DNA of 64,000 bases from an uncultured Planctomycetaceae bacterium (GTDB taxonomy: Bacteria; Planctomycetota; Planctomycetia; Planctomycetales; Planctomycetaceae), in the NCBI GenBank assembly GCA_963815195.1, contig CAWFGE010000018.1, positions 192,001 to 256,000 on the forward strand, read 5' to 3'. A model generated the notes under the pieces. It searched no databases. It was not told the origin of the DNA and saw only the letters and a program-made list of their open reading frames with translations. The first letter of the stretch is position 1; every line of letters starts with the position of its first letter. Position numbers and translations under genes: made by a program. Of the stretch, positions 52,624-64,000 are shown in pieces.

Positions 52624-52853
52624 CCCGGTTTGAAGAAATTGTCGTTTATAAAATCTCAAACTGTAAGGTGGGGGTCAGGGTGGCTGGGGCGCAAAGGAAT
52701 GCATCAAGCGAAAGACGCGTTCCGAAAACTGGGGCCGCGGGAGTTATTTCTCTCGCGTCCATCGCCCCAGGATTCATTTGCCTCACTTTATTGATAGAGG
52801 AATCTGTGCCCCAGCCACCCAACCCGTTTGAAAAAATTGTCAATTACAAAATC
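52624..52853. repeat. Second copy of the nested palindromic element (core 52678-52820) with imperfect ~31-bp flanking direct repeats
   Basis: Same 13-bp outer IR and inner CTGGGGC/GCCCCAG; core is the reverse-complement homolog of 632-773. Confidence 0.85.
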
Positions 52854-52942
52854 ATCAGCGCAGAATCATGGGAAGCCTCAGTGTCCCTCTCGATGAGGAA
52901 CGCCAAACAGGATTCTGTTGCCAGTCATCAATCCTGCCGGAA

Positions 52943-53789
52943 TCAGCCGATGAACTCAATGCTGACGGGGTGCGGAATGATGCCTGCCTTGTGGCCGCGC
53001 TCGAGCAGCGTGGCGACGGCTTCGCGGCCGCGCTCGCCGAAGTCGAGCGTCCAATCGTTGACGTACATGCCCACAAATGTGTCAGCCTTGGAGCGGTCCA
53101 AATCCCGCCCATATTGGAGGGCATAGTCCAAAGCTTCGTCGCGGTGATCCAAGCCGTACCTGATGCTCTCCTTCAAGAGCCGGGTCACATCTTCCATCGC
53201 TTCCGCGCCTAAATCTTTACGAATGGCGTTCGCCCCCAAAGGCAAAGGCAATCCGGTTTCATCGTACCACCATTGCCCCATATCGACGATCAGCTTCAAT
53301 CCCTGATCGCCAAACGTCAATTGTCCTTCGTGGATGATCAGCCCCGCATCGGCTTTGCCCGCTTCGACCAGGTTCAGAATCTCGTCAAACGGATGCACTT
53401 CAGGAGTGAAATCGTCGCCCAACAGCAGCTTGAGCGTCAAAAAGGCCGTGGTGTAGGTTCCGGGAACGGCGATGGTTTTGCCGCGGAGATCGTCGATGCT
53501 CATCGGTTCGCGGGCCACGACCATCGGGCCGTATTTCTCGCCCATGCTGGCCCCGCAGGCACACAGGGCGTAAGTCTCCGTGAGATACGCATAGCCATGC
53601 AAACTCACCGCGGTGAGTTCCAGTTCCCCCTTGAACGCCCGCCGATTGAGCGTCTCGATGTCCTGGAGCGTGTGCGTGAATTTCATAGTTCCCCGTGTCG
53701 ATTTTGTTATTCGCGAGGGCGTGGAACATGAAGGCATCATCGGGGTCGGGGCTGTGTCCCACGTGGATTTGCGTTTTGGTCTCGAGCAT
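52943..53789 (-). CDS. mqnD: 1,4-dihydroxy-6-naphthoate synthase (futalosine pathway), frameshift near 53685
   Basis: GHSPDPDDAFMF, then DIETLN, GLIIHEGQ, LPLPLG, MYVN. Confidence 0.9.
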
Positions 53790-54009
53790 CGTCTGAAGTT
53801 CCATCAACAAAGAGAGAAAAGTCCCGCCAAGAAGGCCGGGCCATCACCTTAGCGGTGAATACGCCCGCCCGCAACCGTATCGTCGGGCAGCGGCCCATCT
53901 TGCCCGATTGGAGGCGGATTCACTACGATAACCGAATCGGGCGATGCGCTGGGCACACACTTTAACCGATGGTCTGAGACATCCTTAACTCCCTGATCCT
54001 CTTCCCTCG

Positions 54010-55937
54010 ATGATTTTGCTGACGGTTCGCGATCTTTCGCGGCAATTTGATGTGGACCCCGTGTTTCGCGATGTCACGTTCGACGTCCGCGCGGGGAAAA
54101 GATTGGATTGGTCGGCCCCAATGGGACGGGGAAGACGACGCTGCTGCGAATTCTCGCCGGCCTGGATGAGCCGGACACCGGGCAGATCGAGATCCCCGCC
54201 GGGGCCGCGGTGTCGCTGCTCGAGCAGGATGCCCGCTTCGCCCCGGACCGCACGCTGATCGAAGAAGCCAAGGCCGGCCTCGCTCATTTGTATGCCCTTC
54301 AGCACCAGGCTCTGGAACTCGCCGAGCAGATGGCCAAGATGGCCGACGACGACAAGGAACTCGCCCGGCTCCACAAGCGCTACGACGATTTGCAACACGA
54401 ACTGGAAAAGCACGATGCCTACCACATCGATCACCGGGTCGATGAAGTGCTCACCGGGCTGGGTTTTTCCGCCGAGGAATACGACCGGCCCCTTCTCCAA
54501 TTCAGCGGCGGCCAGCAGAACCGCGTGCTCCTGGCCCGGCTCTTATTGCGCGAGCCCGAAGTGATGCTCCTGGACGAACCCACGAATCACCTCGACATCG
54601 CCGCGACGGAATGGCTCGAATCCTGGTTGTCCAAGAGCGAGCAGGCGGTGATCCTCGTGAGCCACGACCGCTATTTTCTCGACCGGGTGACGACGCGGAT
54701 TCTGGAGATGCATCAATCGCGGGTGACCGATTTCAAGGGCAATTTCTCCGCCTACTGGCAGCAGCGCGAGGAACGCGCGAAGGTCTTGGAGCGGACCTAC
54801 GAGAAGCAGCAGGAGTTCATCGCCAAGACGGAAGATTTCATCCGCCGGAACAAATACGGCCAGAAGCACGCCCAGGCCGCCGACCGCGAAAAAAAGCTGG
54901 ACCGGCTGGATCGCGTCGAGCAGCTTCAGGATTTCCAGCAGTTTTCGATGGGCTTTTCCGAACCCGACCGCACCGGCGATTGGGTGATCGATGCGGCGGG
55001 CGTCGCCAAGGGCTTTGGCGGGGAACCGTTGTTTCGCGATTTCACGTTGCGGATCGAGCGCGGCGACCGGGTGGGCATTCTGGGACCCAACGGCAGCGGG
55101 AAGACGACGCTGCTTCGCACTTTGATCGGCGAACTGCCGCCGGACGCCGGCAGCGTGCGGTTGGGCACGAACGTCAAAATCGCCTATTACGACCAGCAGT
55201 TGGGCAGCGTCGATCCGAGCCTCGACGCCGTGGAAGCGATCCGACCGCCGGGCAATCCCGACATCACGCCGGGCACGCTCCGCAGCATCTTGGCCCGGTT
55301 CGGGATTCGGGGCGACCAGGCGTTTCAAACCGTGGGCTCGATGAGCGGCGGCGAGCGGAGCAAAGTCGCCCTCGCCCGCATCGCGGCGATGGATGTCAAC
55401 GTGTTGATCCTCGATGAACCGACAAACCACCTCGATTTGTGGGCCCGGGCTTCCTTGGAGGAGACGCTAAAAACCTATGGCGGGACGCTGCTCTTCGTCA
55501 GCCACGACCGCTATTTTCTGGACCGAGTGGCGACGAGCGTGATTGTCCTGGAAGGCGGGAACTGGAAGTTTCACGAGGGCAATTATTCCGATTATGTGCG
55601 TTTCAAAAAGAACCGCGCCGCGGAAATCACCGCCGCGGCTCCCCCGCCCCAACAGACAAAGCCCGCCGCTTCTAAACCCGAACCTTACAAATCCGACGGC
55701 GGAAAGAAAAAAGACGCGAAGCGAAAACGCAAGTTCCCCTACCGCAAGGTGGCCGACCTGGAAGCGGAGATCGCGGACTACGAAGACCTTATGGAACGCC
55801 TGCAAACGGACCTCGCGGATCCCGAAATCCTCCGCGACGGCGACCGCGTGAAAGAAACGATGGAAGCCTTCGAAGACGCCCAAGAGCACCTCGAGGAACT
55901 CTACGAGCATTGGGAAGAAGCCGTGGAGTTAAACTGA
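54010..55937 (+). CDS. ABC-F family ATPase (Uup/YheS-like), frameshift near 54095
   Basis: Two cassettes GPNGTGKT/FSGGQ/DEPTNHLD and GPNGSGKT/MSGGE/DEPTNHLD, plus a C-terminal coiled coil. Confidence 0.93.
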
Positions 55938-56033
55938 AATCCCAATAACCAAGCCCCAATGCAGAGGCCGTTGAGCGGTCGTCGAAGTGTGTGCTTGATC
56001 GGCCCAATACCAACCGCAAAAAGGAATGGTTTC

Positions 56034-56819
56034 ATGCCGCGAGATTTGTTTTCGGTGAAAGACCGCGTGACGTTGGTGTCCGGCGGCAGCCGGGGGATCG
56101 GACAGGCGATTGCCCAAGGCTTTGCAGACCGCGGGGCTAAGGTGATCATCACCGGCCGCGAAGCCGAGACGCTCAAGCAAGCGGTGACCGCGATGTCTTC
56201 GCCGGAAAACAAGGTTCTATTTGAAGTCGGCGATGTGTCCGACGTGGACGCCATTCGCCGCGTGGTTGCGAAGGTTCATAAGGACCACGGCCGGATCGAC
56301 ACGCTGATCAACGTTGCCGGCGTCAACCGCCGCAAGCGCATGGAAGAAGTCACCGTCGAGGATTACGATTTCATTTTGGACATCAACCTCAAAGGGGCGT
56401 TTGTGATGTCTCAGGAAGTCGGCCGATTGATGATCGAACAAAACGCCGGGAACCAGATCAACATCGCCTCCTTGAACAACTACGCCCCGCTCACCGGCGT
56501 GTCGCCTTATGCCATCAGCAAAGGCGGCCTGTTGATGATGACCCGCTCGCTAGCCTTGGAATGGGGCAAGCACGGCGTCCGCGTGAACGGGCTCGCGCCG
56601 GGGTTCATCCTCACCGACCTGACCCAGAAACTCTGGTCCGATCCCACGATGCAGGACTGGGCCAAGACCAACACCCCTTTGGGCCGATTGGGAGAAGTCG
56701 AGGATCTCGTGGGCACTGCGGTGTTCCTGGCGTCCGACGCCTCCGCCTTTATGACCGGCCAGACCCTGTTCGTGGACGGCGGCATGTCGGCCGGCTTCAA
56801 CTGGCCGATCCCTTTGTGA
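56034..56819 (+). CDS. SDR oxidoreductase (gluconate 5-dehydrogenase/KduD-like)
   Basis: SGGSRGIG, NVAG, YAISK, TPLGRLG. Confidence 0.9.
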   Translation: MPRDLFSVKDRVTLVSGGSRGIGQAIAQGFADRGAKVIITGREAETLKQAVTAMSSPENKVLFEVGDVSDVDAIRRVVAKVHKDHGRIDTLINVAGVNRRKRMEEVTVEDYDFILDINLKGAFVMSQEVGRLMIEQNAGNQINIASLNNYAPLTGVSPYAISKGGLLMMTRSLALEWGKHGVRVNGLAPGFILTDLTQKLWSDPTMQDWAKTNTPLGRLGEVEDLVGTAVFLASDASAFMTGQTLFVDGGMSAGFNWPIPL

Positions 56820-56871
56820 CTCGCTTCTTTTTCCGCGAAGCTCACCTGTGCAATAAGCGCTGGTTTTGCGT

Positions 56872-57771
56872 TCAAGGCGAGGATCGATCATCCATCAAAT
56901 ACGCGATGAGCCGGTTGGCTTCTTGGAAGTCGGGGACGACGATGTTGGCCCCGGCACCGATCAGGCGGGCGCGTTTCCAGGCGTCGGGGCGGCCGCTCTT
57001 ATGGGCTTCGTCGCTGGCGACGGCGACCGCGGTGCCGCCGGCGTCGCGGATGTTTTGAATCTCCACATAGCCGTCGCCAAAGCCTGCCAACTGCGACCCC
57101 TCCACCTGGTTTTCCGCCAAAATCCGCTCGATGACCTGGGCCTTGGAAAACGACCGGAAATCATCGAGCGCCCCGTAGATCCGGGGGCCGAAATACCGGT
57201 CCAGGCCGAGCAGACGGGCTTCCTCTTTGACGTAGTTTTCATCGGTGCCGCTGGCGAGATACAAGGTCAACCCGCGGGACCGGAGCGCGTCGAGAAACTC
57301 GAAGCTGCCGGGGACGAGCAGGTCTTCGGGCGAGAGGCTCCCGCGTCGCAGGGCTTCGCGGCGGCTTTCGATCCGCTGCATCAGGCGGGCGTGGTATTCC
57401 TGCTTGTAGGCCAGCGGATCGAGCGGCGTTCCGCCCCGCGTGCCGATTTCCTCGGCCAGGCGGATCATCTGGTAGATCGTCTGCTTGCCGTTGAGTTCCA
57501 TCACGAATCGCGAAACGATGTGGCCGAGCTCTTCGGGGGATTCCGCAGTGCCGGTGTCCGCGAGACACTCGACCATCATGGGAATCATCACCTCGGGCCA
57601 GCCTTCGCGGATCAGGCTCAGGGTCCCGTCAAAATCGAACAGGGCGTGCCGGGGCGAAGCGGCGGGGGCGAAACCGCCGATCAGTTCGATTCGGCTGTTG
57701 GGAAGAAACCGCGTGGCCACGGTTTGGACATCCACGACTTCGCGAAAGTTGTCTTCGTGCGGCTGGGGCAT
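56872..57771 (-). CDS. HAD family hydrolase
   Basis: FDFDGTLS, LASGT, K, GFGDGYVE. Confidence 0.88.
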   Translation of the reverse strand: MPQPHEDNFREVVDVQTVATRFLPNSRIELIGGFAPAASPRHALFDFDGTLSLIREGWPEVMIPMMVECLADTGTAESPEELGHIVSRFVMELNGKQTIYQMIRLAEEIGTRGGTPLDPLAYKQEYHARLMQRIESRREALRRGSLSPEDLLVPGSFEFLDALRSRGLTLYLASGTDENYVKEEARLLGLDRYFGPRIYGALDDFRSFSKAQVIERILAENQVEGSQLAGFGDGYVEIQNIRDAGGTAVAVASDEAHKSGRPDAWKRARLIGAGANIVVPDFQEANRLIAYLMDDRSSP

Positions 57772-57999
57772 GCCTGGGGGATCTTTTCTTTCGGAGGCAA
57801 AGCTTCGGTTCTTGGCGGTGCGTCTGGTTTTCGTCCGCCCAGGAACATCGTCCTCGTTCCCGCGCGGTTTGTCAAAGATGACCCTGGGGAACGGGTGAAA
57901 GCCGATTGTTCCTGCGTTGCCCGGCGGGGTGGGGTTTTCTAAACTCGCGCGGGTGCCACGCCCTGAAAGGTCGTCTGGCGGACAATAGGTTACCGCCGG

Positions 58000-60900
58000 T
58001 TATTTCCAGTTCACCGGGATGGGTTCGGTCTTGGACGTGGGCCAAAGCCGGACGGTCTGTCCCTGTTCATCATAGGCGGCACTGGCCAGCAAGCGGCCGT
58101 CGGGTGAGAAGGCCAGCGACCAGACCAAAGCGACTTTGTTTTTGCTGCCTGGCGTATGGCCGGCGTATTCCAAAATCTTTCGGCGCGACGCCAGATCCCA
58201 CAGGCTCACACGTCCCGTGGACTTCCCGAGGGCGATGCGAGTTCCATCCGGACTGAGGGTCATCGAAAGCACGGTTTCAGGTGTACCCAGCCGCAACACA
58301 AACTCCTTTCGTTCCTTCACATCGAAGAACAGGACCTGGCCGGCTTCATTTGTCGCAGCCAAAACCTGGCGGCCGTCGGGGGTGAATTGGACGGCATTGA
58401 TTCGCCCCTGGTGTCTGCCGAGGACAGCGACCTGGCTTCCGCTGGCCGTCTCCCACAAAACCACTTCGCCTTCGTTCGATTGCACCCAGTCCCCCGAACT
58501 GGTGACGAATTGCGTCCCGTCCGGCGAAAAGGCGACCGCCTGCAATTGGTCGCTTTGCTCCGGGGTTTCTGATTTGACGGCACCGCTTTCGATGTTCCAG
58601 AGGCGGGCCTTCTTGTCATCGCCGACGGCGGCCAGGAGTTTTCCGTCGGGAGAAAAGGCTAAGGCTCTCACATAGTCGTCCGTGGGGATTTCCTTAAACA
58701 ACCTTCCGGAGGGGATTTCGCAGATTCGGATGGATTTTTTGGGTTGGCTGGCCGCGAGATATTTGCCGTCCGGGGACAACGCGCCGGCGCGAATGTGTCC
58801 ATTTTGCGCCTGAAACTCGCGCACCCGATCTCCGGTTTCGACACTCCAGACGCGACACAACCCCGAGAACTTGTCGGTCGCCACCAGGAATTGCCCGTCG
58901 GACGTGAATCCCGCAAAGGACGCGGAGGCCCCGGGTCCCCCCGTCATGCGATGGGCGATTTCTTTGAGCGGCGCGGCGACGGGAGCCCATTGCTTTGTCG
59001 TCTTATCGTAGCTGACGCTGACCAGCGAGTTGGAATTCGGAACGAAGGCCAAACCGCTGACGATGTCGGAATGCCGGCGCAGGATCTGCCGCCGCGTTCC
59101 GCTTTCGCTGTCCCAAATGAAGATTTCTCCTTGCATCCCGCCGGTGGCCAACGTCTGGCCCGTTGGGGAAAACGCCAGAGACCAGATCATCTTTTCGTGC
59201 CCCCCCAGCACAGAGCGCACGTTGCCGGTCTCGAGATCCCACAGGCGAACGGTGGCATCTTCGCTGGCGGTGGCGAGCCGGTTGGCTTTCGGTTGAAACG
59301 CGACCGCCCGGATTGCGCTCGTATGTCCCTTGAGCGTGAATTTTTCTTCGCCCGTTTTTGCATCCCAGATCTTCGCCGTGTGGTCGCTGCTGCCGGTGGC
59401 CAGCAGCGTTCCATCGCCGGAAAAAGCCACGGCCCGCACCGACGCGGTATGCCCCTTCAGTTCGCGTAATAGATTCCCTTTGGCCACGTTCCAGAGGCGG
59501 ACGGTTTTGTCGTATCCGGCGGAGGCCAACGTCTTGCCGTCGGGAGAGAAGGCCACCGACATCACCCAATTGCTATGGCCTTTGAACGTGTGCGTTTCCT
59601 TCCCGGTCGCCACGTCCCAGGTCTTCACGTCATGATCGTAGCTGCCGGTCGCCAGCGTCGTCCCGTCCGCGGAAAACGCAACCGACGACACGAGGTCGTT
59701 ATGCCCGGAGATCTGACGCACAACGCTCGTTGTGGCGAGATCCCGAATCAAAACCGTGCGGTCTCCCTGGGCGGTGGCAATCAGCCGGCCATTCGGAGAC
59801 GATGCGACGGCGGTCACAATGTTCGGTTCCTGATCCGGGCCAAGGCCCATCTCCAGGCGGTCGCGCACTTTCCAGTTCGAGGCGTCCCAGAGGCGGATGA
59901 TCGCATCCTGACCGCCGGTGGCCAACGTTTTTCCGTCCGGGGAAAAGCGAACGCTCATCACGTCGCCCTGCGCTTCTTCCAAGAGGGCCACTCGTTGGCC
60001 GGTCTCGACGTTCCAAACCGTCGCCTTGTCGTCGTAGCTCCCCGTGGCGAGCAACTTGCCGTCCGGTGAATAATCCACCCACTCCAAGGGCCAATTGCTG
60101 CGGGTCAGCACTTTGATCGACTTTCCGGTCTCGGCGTTCCACAACCGGGTTGCCCCATCGTGGCCTGCTGTGGCCACTTGTTTTCCATCTCGGGAGACGG
60201 CGATGCCTAACACGGCGTCCGGCATGCCTTCCATCTTGGCCACTCGCTCGCCGGTGGCGATATTCCAGACGCCCGCAAACCCGAATTTTTTGTCCTCCCA
60301 GGGACCGCCGCCGGCGGCCACGTGCTTGCCGTCGGGAAAGAAGGCCACGGATTGCAGATTAAAATCCAACTTGGCCAATTCTTTGGCTGGCGCAAGCATG
60401 GGCTGCTTGCCTTCAATGATCTGTCCGAGATCCCAAAGTTGCAGCAGGCCGTCCATCGAGGCCGTGGCCAGCAGGTTCCCGTCGGGAGAGAACCGCACCC
60501 GCGTGTGCCCGTTCTCGGTGGGAATCTGGGTGAGGACGTTTCCCGTCTCCACATCGTAAACGCGAATCATCTGATCGCGCAACCCGCAACCGGCGATCCG
60601 CTTGCCATCGGGGGAAATATGAACGCCGCAGAGGCCGTTCTTTTGGGGAATGATCGCGATGGGCCGCTTCCGCGAAACGTCCCAGACATTGAGGCTGCCG
60701 GGGGAGTTTGCGTTTCCGTAAGAGGCGACCAACCGCTTGCCATCGGCGGAGTAAGCCAAGGCGCGAATTTTTTCGCGTTGGCCGTCGAGGGAAATCGGCT
60801 CGGCTTCGAATTTGCCGGATTCGACCGTCTCCGGAAATCGGAGGTTCTTGTTGTCCCTCGGCTTGGGGCTGGGCTGCGTCTTCTTGGCGGCCCGCTGCGA

Positions 60901-62106
60901 ATTGGAATCGGGCGAATCGCCCGTCGCGAAGGTCGGGGCCAGGCAAAGACAGGGAACCGCCGCGGCAGCCAACGCGAGCAGCCCCCAGCGGCCGAGCTCC
61001 TGGCGGGGCGTTTCCACCATGATCGCCGTCAACCGCTTCGTGGCCGATTGCAAGTTGCCGATGCCGCTGGACGCCGGGGGCAAAGCCGGCCGGCGATCGG
61101 CCAGAAAATCCAACACCGCGATCAAAGCCCGCGCATAAATCGGGCGGAACTCCGGCGAATGGGAGATCACCCAACCATCGCAGCAATCCTCCTCGGCCGT
61201 CCGCATCTCCCGGCGAATCCACCACAGGCAGGGATGCCACCAATAGGCGATCGTCACCAGCATTTCCAGCACGCGCGTCCAATGATCCCAGCGGCGATAG
61301 TGGGCCAACTCGTGCAGCAACAACGTCTCCCGGGAAGGAGCGTCCAGTTGCTCCGCGAGTTTCGCGGGAAAGAGAATCGTCGGCCGCGGGAACCCCCACA
61401 GCATCGGCGAAATCACGCCGGGGAGCATCCGCACCGGCGGTGCTTTCCGCAAATGAAGGTGAGCCGCCAGTCGAGCGGCTTCGCGTTCCAACTCCGGCGA
61501 GGCGGGCAAGGCGTGCCGCAGAAGCCGCTTAAACCGACGGACCCGCGCCGCAATGATCGTCAAAATGACGCAAGACCCAAGCCACCACACGCAGAACAAA
61601 ACTCTGGGAAGGATCCACGCAAATTGTGACGGACCCTGAGCGGCGCCCGAAGCGGACGCCGTGCGTCTTTCCGAAAGGGTACTTGGAGCTCGCTGTTTCG
61701 TCTGCACAGAAGCAAGGAGTGCAGCGGACGACGCCGCTTCTCCGCCGAGCGCGGCCGCAGCGGGGGCAGGCTCTTCATGCACTTCACCCAGCCCGGAGGG
61801 AACGACCGCGGGGAAATCGGTTCGCAATTCCGGCGTGTTGGCCGCCTCGGTCTTGAGCGATACGCTGGAAGATGCCGGCACCGTTGCCGCGGGTGGGGAA
61901 ACCCGTTCGGGGGACGTTTCGCTCATCCAGCCTTTAGGCAAGGGAAGGTCGATCAGCGGCGGCGTGAGCAGCTTCACCAAGAGCAGCACCCAGAGGCCGT
62001 GGATGAGTGCGGGCCGACGATAGAGTCGGCTGAAGCAGCACACCAACAAGGCCAGAACGGCTACGGTCGCCGCATTGCTTGCGCCGATTTCAAGGAGCCG
62101 ATGCAT
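58000..62106 (-). CDS. BlaR1/MecR1-like M56 peptidase fused to many WD40 repeats
   Basis: LLHELAHYRRWDHW, WWHP, EDCCD, then repeated GH..V..VAFSPDG..LATGS.D..VRLWD. Confidence 0.92.
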   Translation of the reverse strand: MHRLLEIGASNAATVAVLALLVCCFSRLYRRPALIHGLWVLLLVKLLTPPLIDLPLPKGWMSETSPERVSPPAATVPASSSVSLKTEAANTPELRTDFPAVVPSGLGEVHEEPAPAAAALGGEAASSAALLASVQTKQRAPSTLSERRTASASGAAQGPSQFAWILPRVLFCVWWLGSCVILTIIAARVRRFKRLLRHALPASPELEREAARLAAHLHLRKAPPVRMLPGVISPMLWGFPRPTILFPAKLAEQLDAPSRETLLLHELAHYRRWDHWTRVLEMLVTIAYWWHPCLWWIRREMRTAEEDCCDGWVISHSPEFRPIYARALIAVLDFLADRRPALPPASSGIGNLQSATKRLTAIMVETPRQELGRWGLLALAAAAVPCLCLAPTFATGDSPDSNSQRAAKKTQPSPKPRDNKNLRFPETVESGKFEAEPISLDGQREKIRALAYSADGKRLVASYGNANSPGSLNVWDVSRKRPIAIIPQKNGLCGVHISPDGKRIAGCGLRDQMIRVYDVETGNVLTQIPTENGHTRVRFSPDGNLLATASMDGLLQLWDLGQIIEGKQPMLAPAKELAKLDFNLQSVAFFPDGKHVAAGGGPWEDKKFGFAGVWNIATGERVAKMEGMPDAVLGIAVSRDGKQVATAGHDGATRLWNAETGKSIKVLTRSNWPLEWVDYSPDGKLLATGSYDDKATVWNVETGQRVALLEEAQGDVMSVRFSPDGKTLATGGQDAIIRLWDASNWKVRDRLEMGLGPDQEPNIVTAVASSPNGRLIATAQGDRTVLIRDLATTSVVRQISGHNDLVSSVAFSADGTTLATGSYDHDVKTWDVATGKETHTFKGHSNWVMSVAFSPDGKTLASAGYDKTVRLWNVAKGNLLRELKGHTASVRAVAFSGDGTLLATGSSDHTAKIWDAKTGEEKFTLKGHTSAIRAVAFQPKANRLATASEDATVRLWDLETGNVRSVLGGHEKMIWSLAFSPTGQTLATGGMQGEIFIWDSESGTRRQILRRHSDIVSGLAFVPNSNSLVSVSYDKTTKQWAPVAAPLKEIAHRMTGGPGASASFAGFTSDGQFLVATDKFSGLCRVWSVETGDRVREFQAQNGHIRAGALSPDGKYLAASQPKKSIRICEIPSGRLFKEIPTDDYVRALAFSPDGKLLAAVGDDKKARLWNIESGAVKSETPEQSDQLQAVAFSPDGTQFVTSSGDWVQSNEGEVVLWETASGSQVAVLGRHQGRINAVQFTPDGRQVLAATNEAGQVLFFDVKERKEFVLRLGTPETVLSMTLSPDGTRIALGKSTGRVSLWDLASRRKILEYAGHTPGSKNKVALVWSLAFSPDGRLLASAAYDEQGQTVRLWPTSKTEPIPVNWK

Positions 62107-62163
62107 CGATTCGCCTTTCGTGGTCGGTGATTCGTTGTGATGGAACGCTAAAGGTTCTCCAAT

Positions 62164-62568
62164 TCACTTTTTCTTCCGCTCCTTGCGGGCTCGCTGTGCG
62201 AGTTCATCGATCAGCCCGCGCAGCAACTCCCGTTGCGACCCGGTGAGTCCTTCATGCTTGGCGGCATGCGTCAAAAGGGGCGCAATGGATCCTTCGCACA
62301 GGGTCTCGGCGACTTCGCTCAACCGGCGGTCGATCAGCTCTTCCCGATCCACCGCCGCGGTGAAAACGTGGACCATCTCGCTGCGGTCCCGCGTTACGCA
62401 ACCTTTGGCTTCCAATCGCTCCAGCAACTTCTTGACAGTGGCATATTGCGATTGGACATCGGCATACAGCCGCTCCGTCAACTGACGGATGGTGGCCGGT
62501 CCATGTTTCCAAAGCATTTGCATCACGGCCATTTCCGCATCGGTCACGTCCCGCGCCTTGCGTACCAT
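62164..62568 (-). CDS. BlaI/MecI/CopY family repressor
   Basis: VTDAEMAVMQMLW..ATIRQL..YATVKKLLERLEAKG..GSIAPLL. Confidence 0.92.
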   Translation of the reverse strand: MVRKARDVTDAEMAVMQMLWKHGPATIRQLTERLYADVQSQYATVKKLLERLEAKGCVTRDRSEMVHVFTAAVDREELIDRRLSEVAETLCEGSIAPLLTHAAKHEGLTGSQRELLRGLIDELAQRARKERKKK

Positions 62569-62663
62569 GGTGGTCTTCCCAGGACTGGAGGAAACAAAAA
62601 GTCGCGGCCAATACCTCCGGGCGAGAGGCTCCGAAGCGTGTGGCCCACCCAATGCATCAACTG

Positions 62664-62710
62664 TAGGACATTTTGTCCTAGGCATCAACCCCTAATAACG
62701 ACAAAATGTC
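62664..62710. promoter_or_regulatory. Putative BlaI-type operator pair
   Basis: TAGGACA-TTT-TGTCCTA at 62664-62680 and GACA-AAA-TGTC at 62700-62710. Confidence 0.65.
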
Positions 62711-62902
62711 TTTTTTGCGGTTCCCGCGGCAAAAACCGGACAAGCTGGTGAGGGGCATGCGGCGTCCCGCGACGTTTTTCGTGTCGGCGGATCGGATCAC
62801 GGTTTCGCTGCCGCCGTCGCCCCAGGCCATGCGGGACGTGAACGCCTCGGGGCAAAGCGGGGTCGGTAAGGGGCGGCCGCCAGCTACGGGGGAGATCTTT
62901 CG

Positions 62903-64000
<1,098 letters not shown>

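Overview
GC-rich bacterial chromosomal segment. Gene content (DUF1501, DUF1552/DUF1592, HEAT-CxxCH, BlaR1-WD40, hpnH, mqnD) points to a Planctomycetota member. Core loci are rpsL-rpsG-fusA, rpsB-tsf-pyrH, acpS, prpD, fumC, aroF, an ABC-F gene, partial ligA and a MarR-RND efflux operon. About 13 genes carry single frameshifts, including the essential pyrH, which most likely reflects long-read indel errors. The best candidate novelties are: (1) two tandem ~95-nt structured small-RNA genes at 44452-45030, each with its own sigma54 promoter, paired upstream activator boxes, a covarying stem-loop, a terminator and a conserved loop-loop complementarity; (2) a GxxExxY nuclease gene plus an orphan cargo gene bracketed by 9-mer-periodic repeats; (3) a Trp/Tyr/Phe leader-peptide attenuator on aroF; (4) a DUF3891 protein with an in-frame Fur DNA-binding domain; (5) an RND permease carrying a canonical EF-hand loop; (6) a 142-bp palindromic element flanked by long direct repeats, whose core is flipped between its two copies; (7) a two-gene islet with a HEPN-like gene. 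Several REP/REPIN-like families also occur. All family assignments come from motif recognition by eye; no database searches were run.
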